Below, piece by piece: positions 46,601 to 60,490 of a stretch of DNA of 64,000 nt. Under the pieces are notes generated by a model. The model was not told where the DNA came from and did not search any database. It saw nothing but the letters and a program-made list of their open reading frames with translations. The position numbers and the translations under genes were made by a program. This DNA is from Eledone cirrhosa (taxonomy: Eukaryota), in NCBI GenBank assembly GCA_964016885.1, contig OZ024744.1, forward strand, positions 110,918,001-110,982,000, in the 5' to 3' direction. The first letter of the stretch is position 1, and the number at the start of each line of letters is the position of its first letter.

Positions 46601-46640
46601 TAAAACTACACAATCCACTATAACTTACGTTGCCATGAAC
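37620..46640. repeat. Variable-length HOR block (periods 2,727, 2,507 and 3,035 bp)
   Basis: CAGCAAAATT at 38373, 41100, 43607 and 46642. GTGGAACTAC at 38199, 40926, 43433 and 46468 shows the same spacings. Confidence 0.83.
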
Positions 46641-49600
46641 ACAGCAAAATTACACAATCCACTATAACTTACCTTGCACTGAACACAGTAAAACTACACA
46701 ATCCACTATAGTTTACCTTGCCCTGAACACAGTAAAACTACTTAATTCACTATAACTTACCTTGCTCTGAACACAGTAAAACTACACAATCCACTATAGC
46801 TTACCTTGCCCTGAACACAGTAAAACTACACAATCCACTATAGCTTACATTGCTCTGAACACAGTAAAACTACACAATCCACTATAAATTACCTTGCTCT
46901 GAACACAGAATAACTACACAATCCACTATAACTTAACTGGCCCTGAACACAGTAAAACTACACAATCCACTATTACTTACCTTGCTCTGAACACAGAAAA
47001 ACTACACAATCCACTATAACTTACTTTGCCATGAACACATTAAAACTACACAATCCACTATAACTTACCTTGCACTGAACACAGTAAAACTACACAATAC
47101 ACTATAAATTACCTTGTTCTGAACACAGTAAAACTACACATTCCACTCTAACTTACCTTGCCCAGAACAAAGTAAAACTACGTAATCCACTATACCTTAC
47201 CTTGCCCTGAACACAGTGAAACTACACAATCCACTATAACTTACCTTGCTCTGAACACAGTAAAACTACACAATCCACTATACCTTACCTTGCCCTGAAC
47301 ACAGTAAAACTACATAATCCACTATAGCTTACCTTGCCCTGAACACAATAAAACTACACAATCCACTATAAATTACCTTGCCCTGAAAACAGTAGAACTA
47401 CACAATCCACTATAGATTACCTTGCTCTGAACACAATAAAACTACACAATCCACTATAACTTAACTGGCCCTGAACACAGTAAAACTACACAATCCACTA
47501 TAACTTACCTTGCCCTGAACACAGTAAAACTACACAATCCACTATAACAAACATTGCCCTGAACACGGTAAAACTACACAAACCACTATAAATTACCTTG
47601 CCCTGAACACAGTAAAACTACATAATCCACTATAGTTTACCTTGCCCTGAACACAATAAAACTACACAATCCACTATAAATTACCTTGCCATGAACACAG
47701 TAAAACTACACAATCCTCTATAACTTACCTTGCTGTGAAGACAGTAAAACTACACAATCCACTATGCCTTACCTTGCCCTGAACACAGTAAAACTACACA
47801 ATCCACTATTACTTACATTGCTCTGAACACAGAAAAACTACACAATCCACTATAACTTACTTTGCCATGAACACAGTAAAACTACACGATCCACTACAAC
47901 TTACCTTGCACTGAACACAGTAAAACTACACAATCCACTATAAATTACCTTCCTCTGAACACAGTAAAACTACACAATCCACTATAACTTAACTGGCCCT
48001 GAACACAGTAACACTACACATATCCACTCTAACTTACCTTGCCCAGAACAAAGTATAACTACGTAATCCACTATACCTTACCTTGCCCTGAACACAGTAA
48101 AACTACACAATCCACTATATCTTACATTGCTCTGAACACAGTAAAACTACACAATCCACTATAGCTTACATTGCTCTGAACACAGTAAAACTACACAATC
48201 CACTATAGCTTACCTTGCCCTGAACACAGTAAAACTACACAATCCACTATAAATTACCTTGCTCTGAACACAGTAAAACTATACAATCCACTATAACTTA
48301 CCTTGCCCTGAACACAGTAAAACTACACAATCCACTATAACTGAACTGGCCCTGAACACAGTAAAACTACACAATCCACTATAACTTAACTGGCCCTGAA
48401 CACAGTAAAACTACACAATCCACTATAACTTAACTGGCCCTGAACACAGTAAAACTACACAATCCACTATAACTTACATTGCCCTGAACACAGTAAAACT
48501 ACACAAACCACTATAAATTACCTTGCCCTGAACACAGTAAACTACACAATCCACAATAACTTACATTGCCCTGAACACAGTAAAACTACACAAACCACTA
48601 TAAATTACCTTGCCCTGAACACAGTAAAATTACACAATCCACTATAACTTACATTGCCCTGAACACAGTAAAACTACACAATCCACTATAAATTACCTTG
48701 CCCTGAACACAGTAAAACTACACAATCCACTATAACTTACCTTGCCCTGAACACAGTAAAACTACACAATCCACTATAACAAACATTGCCCTGAACACGG
48801 TAAAACTACACAAACCACTATAAATTACCTTGCCCTGAACACAGTAAAACTACATAATCCACTATAGTTTACCTTGCCCTGAACACAATAAAACTACACA
48901 ATCCACTATAAATTACCTTGCCATGAACACAGTAAAACTACACAATCCTCTATAACTTACCTTGCTGTGAAGACAGTAAAACTACACAATCCACTATGCC
49001 TTACCTTGCCCTGAACACAGTAAAACTACACAATCCACTATTACTTACATTGCTCTGAACACAGAAAAACTACACAATCCACTATAACTTACTTTGCCAT
49101 GAACACAGTAAAACTACACGATCCACTACAACTTACCTTGCACTGAACACAGTAAAACTACACAATCCACTATAAATTACCTTCCTCTGAACACAGTAAA
49201 ACTACACAATCCACTATAACTTAACTGGCCCTGAACACAGTAACACTACACATATCCACTCTAACTTACCTTGCCCAGAACAAAGTATAACTACGTAATC
49301 CACTATACCTTACCTTGCCCTGAACACAGTAAAACTACACAATCCACTATAGCTTACATTGCTCTGAACACAGTAAAACTACACAATCCACTATAGCTTA
49401 CATTGCTCTGAACACAGTAAAACTACACAATCCACTATAGCTTACCTTGCCCTGAACACAGTAAAACTACACAATCCACTATAAATTACCTTGCTCTGAA
49501 CACAGTAAAACTATACAATCCACTATAACTTACCTTGCCCTGAACACAGTAAAACTACACAATCCACTATAACTGAACTGGCCCTGAACACAGTAAAACT

Positions 49601-52600
49601 ACACAATCCACTATAACTTAACTGGCCCTGAACACAGTAAAACTACACAATCCACTATAACTTAACTGGCCCTGAACACAGTAAAACTACACAATCCACT
49701 ATAACTTACATTGCCCTGAACACAGTAAAACTACACAAACCACTATAAATTACCTTGCCCTGAACACAGTAAACTACACAATCCACAATAACTTACATTG
49801 CCCTGAACACAGTAAAACTACACAAACCACTATAAATTACCTTGCCCTGAACACAGTAAAATTACACAATCCACTATAACTTACATTGCCCTGAACACAG
49901 TAAAACTACACAATCCACTATAAATTACCTTGCCCTGAACACAGTAAAACTACACAAACCACTATAAATTACCTTGCTCTAAACACAGTAAAACTTTATA
50001 ATCCACTATAACTTAACTGGCCCTGAACACACTAAACTAAAGGATCCACTATAACTTAACTGGCCCTGAACACAGTAAAACTACACGATCCACTATAACT
50101 TACATTGCCCTGAACACAGTAAAACTACACAATCCACTATAACTTGCCTTGCTCTGAACACAGTAAAACTACACAATCCACTATAACTTACTTTGCTATG
50201 AACACAGTAAAACTACCCGATCCACTATAACTTACCTTGCACTGAACACAGTAAAACTACACAATCCACTATAACTTACCTTGCACTGAACACAGTAAAA
50301 CTACACAATCCACTATAAATTACCTTGCTCTGAACACAGTAAAACTACACAATCCACTATAACTTACCTTGCCCAGAACAAAGTAAAACTACGTAATCCA
50401 CTATACCTTACCTTGCCCTGAACACCGTAAAACTACACGATCCACTATAGCTTATAATGCTCTGAACACAGTAAAACTACACAATCCACTATAGCTTACC
50501 TTGCCCTGAACACAGTAAAACTACACAATCCACTATAAATTACCTTGCTCTGAACACAGTAAAACTACACAATCCACTATAACTGAACTGGCCCTGAACA
50601 CAGTAAAACTACACAATCCACTATAACTTAACTGGCCCTGAACACAGTAAAACTACACAATCCACTATAACTTAACTGGCCCTGAACACAGTAAAACTAC
50701 ACAATCCACTATAAGTTACCTTGCTCTGAACACAGTAAAACTACACAATCCACTATAACTTACCATGCCCTGAACACAGTAAACTACACAATCCACTATA
50801 ACTTACATTGCCCTGAACACAGTAAAACTACACAAACCACTATAAATTACCTTGTTCTGAACACAGTAAAACTACACAATCCACTATACCTTACATTGCC
50901 CTGAACACAGTAAAACTACACAACCCACTATAACTTACTTTGCCCTGAACATATTAAAACTTCACAAACCACTATAAATTACCTTGCTCTAAACACACTA
51001 AACTTTATAATCCACTATAACTTAACTGGCCCTGAACACAGTAAAACTACACAATCCACTATAAGTTACCTTCCTCTGAACACAGTAAAACTACACAATC
51101 CACTATAACTTAACTGGCCCTGAACACAGTAAAATTACACAATCCACTATAACTTAGATTACTCTGAACACAGGAAAACTACACAATCCACTATAACTTA
51201 ACTGGCCCTGAACACAGTAAACTACAGGATCCACTATAACTTACATTGCCATCAACACAGTAAAACTACACAATCCACTATAACTTACCTTGCACTGAAC
51301 ACAGTAAAACTACACAATCCACTATAACTTACCTTGCCCTGAACACAGTAAAACTACACAATCCACTATAACTTGCCTTGCTCTGAACACAGAAAAACTA
51401 CACAATCCACTATAACTTACTTTGCCATGAACACAGTAAAACTACACAATCCACTATAGCTTACCTTGCACTGAACACAGTAAAACTACACAATCCACTA
51501 TAACTTAACTGGCCCTGAACACAGTAAAACTACACAATCCACTATAAGTTACCTTGCTCTGAACACAGTAAAACTACACAATCCACTATAACTTACCTTG
51601 CCCTGAACACAGTAAACTACACAATCCACTATAACTTACTTTGCCCTGAACACATTAAAACTACACAAACCACTATAAATTACCTTGCTCTAAACACAGT
51701 AAAACTTTATAATCCACTATAACCTAACTGGCCCTGAACACACTAAACTACAGGATCCACTATAACTTAACTGGCCCTGAACACAGTAAAACTACACGAT
51801 CCACTATAACTTACATTGCCCTGAACACAGTAAAACTACACAATCCACTATAACTTGCCTTGCTCTGAACACAGTAAAACTACACAATCCACTATAACTT
51901 ACTTTGCCATGAACACAGTAAAACTACACGATCCACTATAACTTACTTTGCACTGAACACAGTAAAACTACACAATCCACTATAACTTACCTTGCCCTGA
52001 ACACAGTAAAACTACACAATCCACTATAAATTACCTTGCTCTGAACACAGTAAAACTACACAATCCACTATAACTTAACTGGCCCTGAACACAGTAAACT
52101 ACAGAATCCACTATAACATACCTTGCCCAGAACAAAGTAAAACTACGTAATCCACTATACCTTACCATGCCCTGAACACAGTAAAACTACACGATCCACT
52201 ATAGCTTACATTGCTCTGAACACAGTAAAACTACACAATCCACTATACCTTACCATGCCCTGAACACAGTAAAACTACACAATCCACTATACCTTACCAT
52301 GCCCTGAACACAATAAAACTACACAATCCACTATAGCTTACCTTGCCCTGAACACAGAAAAACTAAACAATCCACTATAACTTACCTTGCCCTGAACACA
52401 GTAAAACTACACAATCCACTATAAATTACCTTGCTCTGAACACAGTAAAATTACACAATCCACTATAACTTACCTTGCTCTGAACACAGTAAACCTACAC
52501 AATCCACTATAAATTAACTTGCCCTGAACACAGTAAAACTACACAATCCACTATAAGTTACCTTGCTCTGAACACAGTAAAACAACACAATCCACTATAA

Positions 52601-55600
52601 CTTAACTGGCCCTGAACACGGTAAAACTACACAATCCACTATAACTTACCATGCCCTGAAACACAGCAAAATTACACAATCCACTATAACTTACCTTGCA
52701 CTGAACACAGTAAAACTACACAATCCACTATAGTTTACCTTGCCCTGAACACAGTAAAACTACTTAATTCACTATAACTTACCTTGCTCTGAACACAGTA
52801 AAACTACACAATCCACTATAGCTTACCTTGCCCTGAACATAGTAAAACTACACAATCCACTATAGCTTACATTGCTCTGAACACAGTAAAACTACACAAT
52901 CCACTATAAATTACCTTGCTCTGAACACAGAATAACTACACAATCCACTATAACTTAACTGGCCCTGAACACAGTAAAACTACACAATCCACTATTACTT
53001 ACCTTGCTCTGAACACAGAAAAACTACACAATCCACTATAACTTACTTTGCCATGAACACATTGAAACTACACAATCCACTATAACTTACCTTGCACTGA
53101 ACACAGTAAAACTACACAATACACTATAAATTACCTTGTTCTGAACACAGTAAAACTACACATTCCACTCTAACTTACCTTGCCCAGAACAAAGTAAAAC
53201 TACGTAATCCACTATACCTTACCTTGCCCTGAACACAGTGAAACTACACAATCCACTATAACTTACCTTGCTCTGAACACAGTAAAACTACACAATCCAC
53301 TATACCATACCTTGCCCTGAACACAGTAAAACTACATAATCCACTATAGCTTACCTTGCCCTGAACACAATAAAACTACACAATCCACTATAAATTACCT
53401 TGCCCTGAAAACAGTAGAACTACACAATCCACTATAGATTACCTTGCTCTGAACACAATAAAACTACACAATCCACTATAACTTAACTGGCCCTGAACAC
53501 AGTAAAACTACACAATCCACTATAACTTACCTTGCCCTGAACACAGTAAAACTACACAATCCACTATAACAAACATTGCCCTGAACACGGTAAAACTACA
53601 CAAACCACTATAAATTACCTTGCCCTGAACACAGTAAAACTACATAATCCACTATAGTTTACCTTGCCCTGAACACAATAAAACTACACAATCCACTATA
53701 AATTACCTTGCCATGAACACAGTAAAACTACACAACCCTCTATAACTTACCTTGCTGTGAAGACAGTAAAACTACACAATCCACTATGCCTTACCTTGCC
53801 CTGAACACAGTAAAACTACACAATCCACTATTACTTACATTGCTCTGAACACAGAAAAACTACACAATCCACTATAACTTACTTTGCCATGAACACAGTA
53901 AAACTACACGATCCACTACAACTTACCTTGCACTGAACACAGTAAAACTACACAATCCACTATAAATTACCTTCCTCTGAACACAGTAAAACTACACAAT
54001 CCACTATAACTTAACTGGCCCTGAACACAGTAACACTACACATATCCACTCTAACTTACCTTGCCCAGAACAAAGTATAACTACGTAATCCACTATACCT
54101 TACCTTGCCCTGAACACAGTAAAACTACACAATCCACTATAGCTTACATTGCTCTGAACACAGTAAAACTACACAATCCACTATAGCTTACATTGCTCTG
54201 AACACAGTAAAACTACACAATCCACTATAGCTTACCTTGCCCTGAACACAGTAAAACTACACAATCCACTATAAATTACCTTGCTCTGAACACAGTAAAA
54301 CTATACAATCCACTATAACTTACCTTGCCCTGAACACAGTAAAACTACACAATCCACTATAACTGAACTGGCCCTGAACACAGTAAAACTACACAATCCA
54401 CTATAACTTAACTGGCCCTGAACACAGTAAAACTACACAATCCACTATAACTTAACTGGCCCTGAACACAGTAAAACTACACAATCCACTATAACTTACA
54501 TTGCCCTGAACACAGTAAAACTACACAAACCACTATAAATTACCTTGCCCTGAACACAGTAAACTACACAATCCACAATAACTTACATTGCCCTGAACAC
54601 AGTAAAACTACACAAACCACTATAAATTACCTTGCCCTGAACACAGTAAAATTACACAATCCACTATAACTTACATTGCCCTGAACACAGTAAAACTACA
54701 CAATCCACTATAAATTACCTTGCCCTGAACACAGTAAAACTACACAAACCACTATAAATTACCTTGCTCTAAACACAGTAAAACTTTATAAACCACTATA
54801 ACTTAACTGGCCCTGAACACACTAAACTAAAGGATCCACTATAACTTAACTGGCCCTGAACACAGTAAAACTACACGATCCACTATAACTTACATTGCCC
54901 TGAACACAGTAAAACTACACAATCCAATATAACTTGCCTTGCTCTGAACACAGTAAAACTACACGATCCACTATAACTTACTTTGCACTGAACACAGTAA
55001 AACTACACAATCCACTATAACTTACCTTGCCCTGAACACAGTAAAACTACACAATCCACTATAAATTACCTTGCTCTGAACACAGTAAAACTACACAATC
55101 CACTATAACTTAACTGGCCCTGAACACAGTAAACTACAGAATCCACTATAACATACCTTGCCCAGAACAAAGTAAAACTACGTAATCCACTATACCTTAC
55201 CATGCCCTGAACACAGTAAAACTACACGATCCACTATAGCTTACATTGCTCTGAACACAGTAAAACTACACAATCCACTATACCTTACCATGCCCTGAAC
55301 ACAGTAAAACTACACAATCCACTATACCTTACCATGCCCTGAACACAATAAAACTACACAATCCACTATAGCTTACCTTGCCCTGAACACAGAAAAACTA
55401 AACAATCCACTATAACTTACCTTGCCCTGAACACAGTAAAACTACACAATCCACTATAAATTACCTTGCTCTGAACACAGTAAAATTACACAATCCACTA
55501 TAACTTACCTTGCTCTGAACACAGTAAACCTACACAATCCACTATAAATTAACTTGCCCTGAACACAGTAAAACTACACAATCCACTATAAGTTACCTTG

Positions 55601-58600
55601 CTCTGAACACAGTAAAACAACACAATCCACTATAACTTAACTGGCCCTGAACACGGTAAAACTACACAATCCACTATAACTTACCATGCCCTGAAACACA
55701 GCAAAATTACACAATCCACTATAACTTACCTTGCACTGAACACAGTAAAACTACACAATCCACTATAGTTTACCTTGCCCTGAACACAGTAAAACTACTT
55801 AATTCACTATAACTTACCTTGCTCTGAACACAGTAAAACTACACAATCCACTATAGCTTACCTTGCCCTGAACATAGTAAAACTACACAATCCACTATAG
55901 CTTACATTGCTCTGAACACAGTAAAACTACACAATCCACTATAAATTACCTTGCTCTGAACACAGAATAACTACACAATCCACTATAACTTAACTGGCCC
56001 TGAACACAGTAAAACTACACAATCCACTATTACTTACCTTGCTCTGAACACAGAAAAACTACACAATCCACTATAACTTACTTTGCCATGAACACATTAA
56101 AACTACACAATCCACTATAACTTACCTTGCACTGAACACAGTAAAACTACACAATACACTATAAATTACCTTGTTCTGAACACAGTAAAACTACACATTC
56201 CACTCTAACTTACCTTGCCCAGAACAAAGTAAAACTACGTAATCCACTATACCTTACCTTGCCCTGAACACAGTGAAACTACACAATCCACTATAACTTA
56301 CCTTGCTCTGAACACAGTAAAACTACACAATCCACTATACCTTACCTTGCCCTGAACACAGTAAAACTACATAATCCACTATAGCTTACCTTGCCCTGAA
56401 CACAATAAAACTACACAATCCACTATAAATTACCTTGCCCTGAAAACAGTAGAACTACACAATCCACTATAGATTACCTTGCTCTGAACACAATAAAACT
56501 ACACAATCCACTATAACTTAACTGGCCCTGAACACAGTAAAACTACACAATCCACTATAACTTACCTTGCCCTGAACACAGTAAAACTACACAATCCACT
56601 ATAACAAACATTGCCCTGAACACGGTAAAACTACACAAACCACTATAAATTACCTTGCCCTGAACACAGTAAAACTACATAATCCACTATAGTTTACCTT
56701 GCCCTGAACACAATAAAACTACACAATCCACTATAAATTACCTTGCCATGAACACAGTAAAACTACACAATCCTCTATAACTTACCTTGCTGTGAAGACA
56801 GTAAAACTACACAATCCACTATGCCTTACCTTGCCCTGAACACAGTAAAACTACACAATCCACTATTACTTACATTGATCTGAACACAGAAAAACTACAC
56901 AATCCACTATAACTTACTTTGCCATGAACACAGTAAAACTACACGATCCACTACAACTTACCTTGCACTGAACACAGTAAAACTACACAATCCACTATAA
57001 ATTACCTTCCTCTGAACACAGTAAAACTACACAATCCACTATAACTTAACTGGCCCTGAACACAGTAACACTACACATATCCACTCTAACTTACCTTGCC
57101 CAGAACAAAGTATAACTACGTAATCCACTATACCTTACCTTGCCCTGAACACAGTAAAACTACACAATCCACTATAGCTTACATTGCTCTGAACACAGTA
57201 AAACTACACAATCCACTATAGCTTACATTGCTCTGAACACAGTAAAACTACACAATCCACTATAGCTTACCTTGCCCTGAACACAGTAAAACTACACAAT
57301 CCACTATAAATTACCTTGCTCTGAACACAGTAAAACTATACAATCCACTATAACTTACCTTGCCCTGAACACAGTAAAACTACACAATCCACTATAACTG
57401 AACTGGCCCTGAACACAGTAAAACTACACAATCCACTATAACTTAACTGGCCCTGAACACAGTAAAACTACACAATCCACTATAACTTAACTGGCCCTGA
57501 ACACAGTAAAACTACACAATCCACTATAACTTACATTGCCCTGAACACAGTAAAACTACACAAACCACTATAAATTACCTTGCCCTGAACACAGTAAACT
57601 ACACAATCCACAATAACTTACATTGCCCTGAACACAGTAAAACTACACAAACCACTATAAATTACCTTGCCCTGAACACAGTAAAATTACACAATCCACT
57701 ATAACTTACATTGCCCTGAACACAGTAAAACTACACCATCCACTATAAATAACCTTGCCCTGAACACAGTAAAACTACACAAACCACTATAAATTACCTT
57801 GCTCTAAACACAGTAAAACTTTATAATCCACTATAACTTAACTGGCCCTGAACACACTAAACTAAAGGATCCACTATAACTTAACTGGCCCTGAACACAG
57901 TAAAACTACACGATCCACTATAACTTACATTGCCCTGAACACAGTAAAACTACACAATCCACTATAACTTGCCTTGCTCTGAACACAGTAAAACTACACA
58001 ATCCACTATAACTTACTTTGCCATGAACACAGTAAAACTACACGATCCACTATAACTTACCTTGCACTGAACACAGTAAAACTACACAATCCACTATAAC
58101 TTACCTTGCACTGAACACAGTAAAACTACACAATCCACTATAAATTACCTTGCTCTGAACACAGTAAAACTACACAATCCACTATAACTTACCTTGCCCA
58201 GAACAAAGTAAAACTACGTAATCCACTATACCTTACCTTGCCCTGAACACCGTAAAACTACACGATCCACTATAGCTTATAATGCTCTGAACACAGTAAA
58301 ACTACACAATCCACTATAGCTTACCTTGCCCTGAACACAGTAAAACTACACAATCCACTATAAATTACCTTGCTCTGAACACAGTAAAACTACACAATCC
58401 ACTATAACTGAACTGGCCCTGAACACAGTAAAACTACACAATCCACTATAACTTAACTGGCCCTGAACACAGTAAAACTACACAATCCACTATAACTTAA
58501 CTGGCCCTGAACACAGTAAAACTACACAATCCACTATAAGTTACCTTGCTCTGAACACAGTAAAACTACACAATCCACTATAACTTACCATGCCCTGAAC

Positions 58601-60490
58601 ACAGTAAACTACACAATCCACTATAACTTACATTGCCCTGAACACAGTAAAACTACACAAACCACTATAAATTACCTTGTTCTGAACACAGTAAAACTAC
58701 ACAATCCACTATACCTTACCTTGCCCTGAACACAGTAAAACTACACAACCCACTATAACTTACTTTGCCCTGAACATATTAAAACTACACAAACCACTAT
58801 AAATTACCTTGCTCTAAACACACTAAACTTTATAATCCACTATAACTTAACTGGCCCTGAACACAGTAAAACTACACAATCCACTATAAGTTACCTTCCT
58901 CTGAACACAGTAAAACTACACAATCCACTATAACTTAACTGGCCCTGAACACAGTAAAATTACACAATCCACTATAACTTAGATTACTCTGAACACAGGA
59001 AAACTACACAATCCACTATAACTTAACTGGCCCTGAACACAGTAAACTACAGGATCCACTATAACTTACATTGCCATCAACACAGTAAAACTACACAATC
59101 CACTATAACTTACCTTGCACTGAACACAGTAAAACTACACAATCCACTATAACTTACCTTGCCCTGAACACAGTAAAACTACACAATCCACTATAACTTG
59201 CCTTGCTCTGAACACAGAAAAACTACACAATCCACTATAACTTACTTTGCCATGAACACAGTAAAACTACACAATCCACTATAGCTTACCTTGCACTGAA
59301 CACAGTAAAACTACACAATCCACTATAACTTAACTGGCCCTGAACACAGTAAAACTACACAATCCACTATAAGTTACCTTGCTCTGAACACAGTAAAACT
59401 ACACAATCCACTATAACTTACCTTGCCCTGAACACAGTAAACTACACAATCCACTATAACTTACTTTGCCCTGAACACATTAAAACTACACAAACCACTA
59501 TAAATTACCTTGCTCTAAACACAGTAAAACTTTATAATCCACTATAACCTAACTGGCCCTGAACACACTAAACTACAGGATCGACTATAACTTAACTGGC
59601 CCTGAACACAGTAAAACTACACGATCCACTATAACTTACATTGCCCTGAACACAGTAAAACTACACAATCCACTATAACTTGCCTTGCTCTGAACACAGT
59701 AAAACTACACAATCCACTATAACTTACTTTGCCATGAACACAGTAAAACTACACGATCCACTATAACTTACTTTGCACTGAACACAGTAAAACTACACAA
59801 TCCACTATAACTTACCTTGCCCTGAACACAGTAAAACTACACAATCCACTATAAATTACCTTGCTCTGAACACAGTAAAACTACACAAACCACTATAACT
59901 TAACTGGCCCTGAACACAGTAAACTACAGAATCCACTATAACATACCTTGCCCAGAACAAAGTAAAACTACGTAATCCACTATACCTTACCATGCCCTGA
60001 ACACAGTAAAACTACACGATCCACTATAGCTTACATTGCTCTGAACACAGTAAAACTACACAATCCACTATACCTTACCATGCCCTGAACACAGTAAAAC
60101 TACACAATCCACTATACCTTACCATGCCCTGAACACAATAAAACTACACAATCCACTATAGCTTACCTTGCCCTGAACGCAGAAAAACTAAACAATCCAC
60201 TATAACTTACCTTGCCCTGAACACAGTAAAACTACACAATCCACTATAAATTACCTTGCTCTGAACACAGTAAAATTACACAATCCACTATAACTTACCT
60301 TGCTCTGAACACAGTAAACCTACACAATCCACTATAAATTAACTTGCCCTGAACACAGTAAAACTACACAATCCACTATAAGTTACCTTGCTCTGAACAC
60401 AGTAAAACAACACAATCCACTATAACTTAACTGGCCCTGAACACGGTAAAACTACACAATCCACTATAACTTACCATGCCCTGAAACACA
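46640..60490. repeat. Three copies of a 4,790-bp (109-monomer) HOR: 6,022 bp (+1,232 duplication), 3,035 bp (-1,755 deletion), 4,790 bp (full)
   Basis: CAGCAAAATT at 46642, 52664, 55699. ATGCCCTGAAACAC at 52651, 55686, 60476. ACTAAACTAAAGGATCC at 50031, 54821, 57856. AACTTAGATTACTCTG only at 51151 and 58976 (absent from the middle copy). AACAAACATTG at 47546 and 48778 (offset 1,232). Confidence 0.87.
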
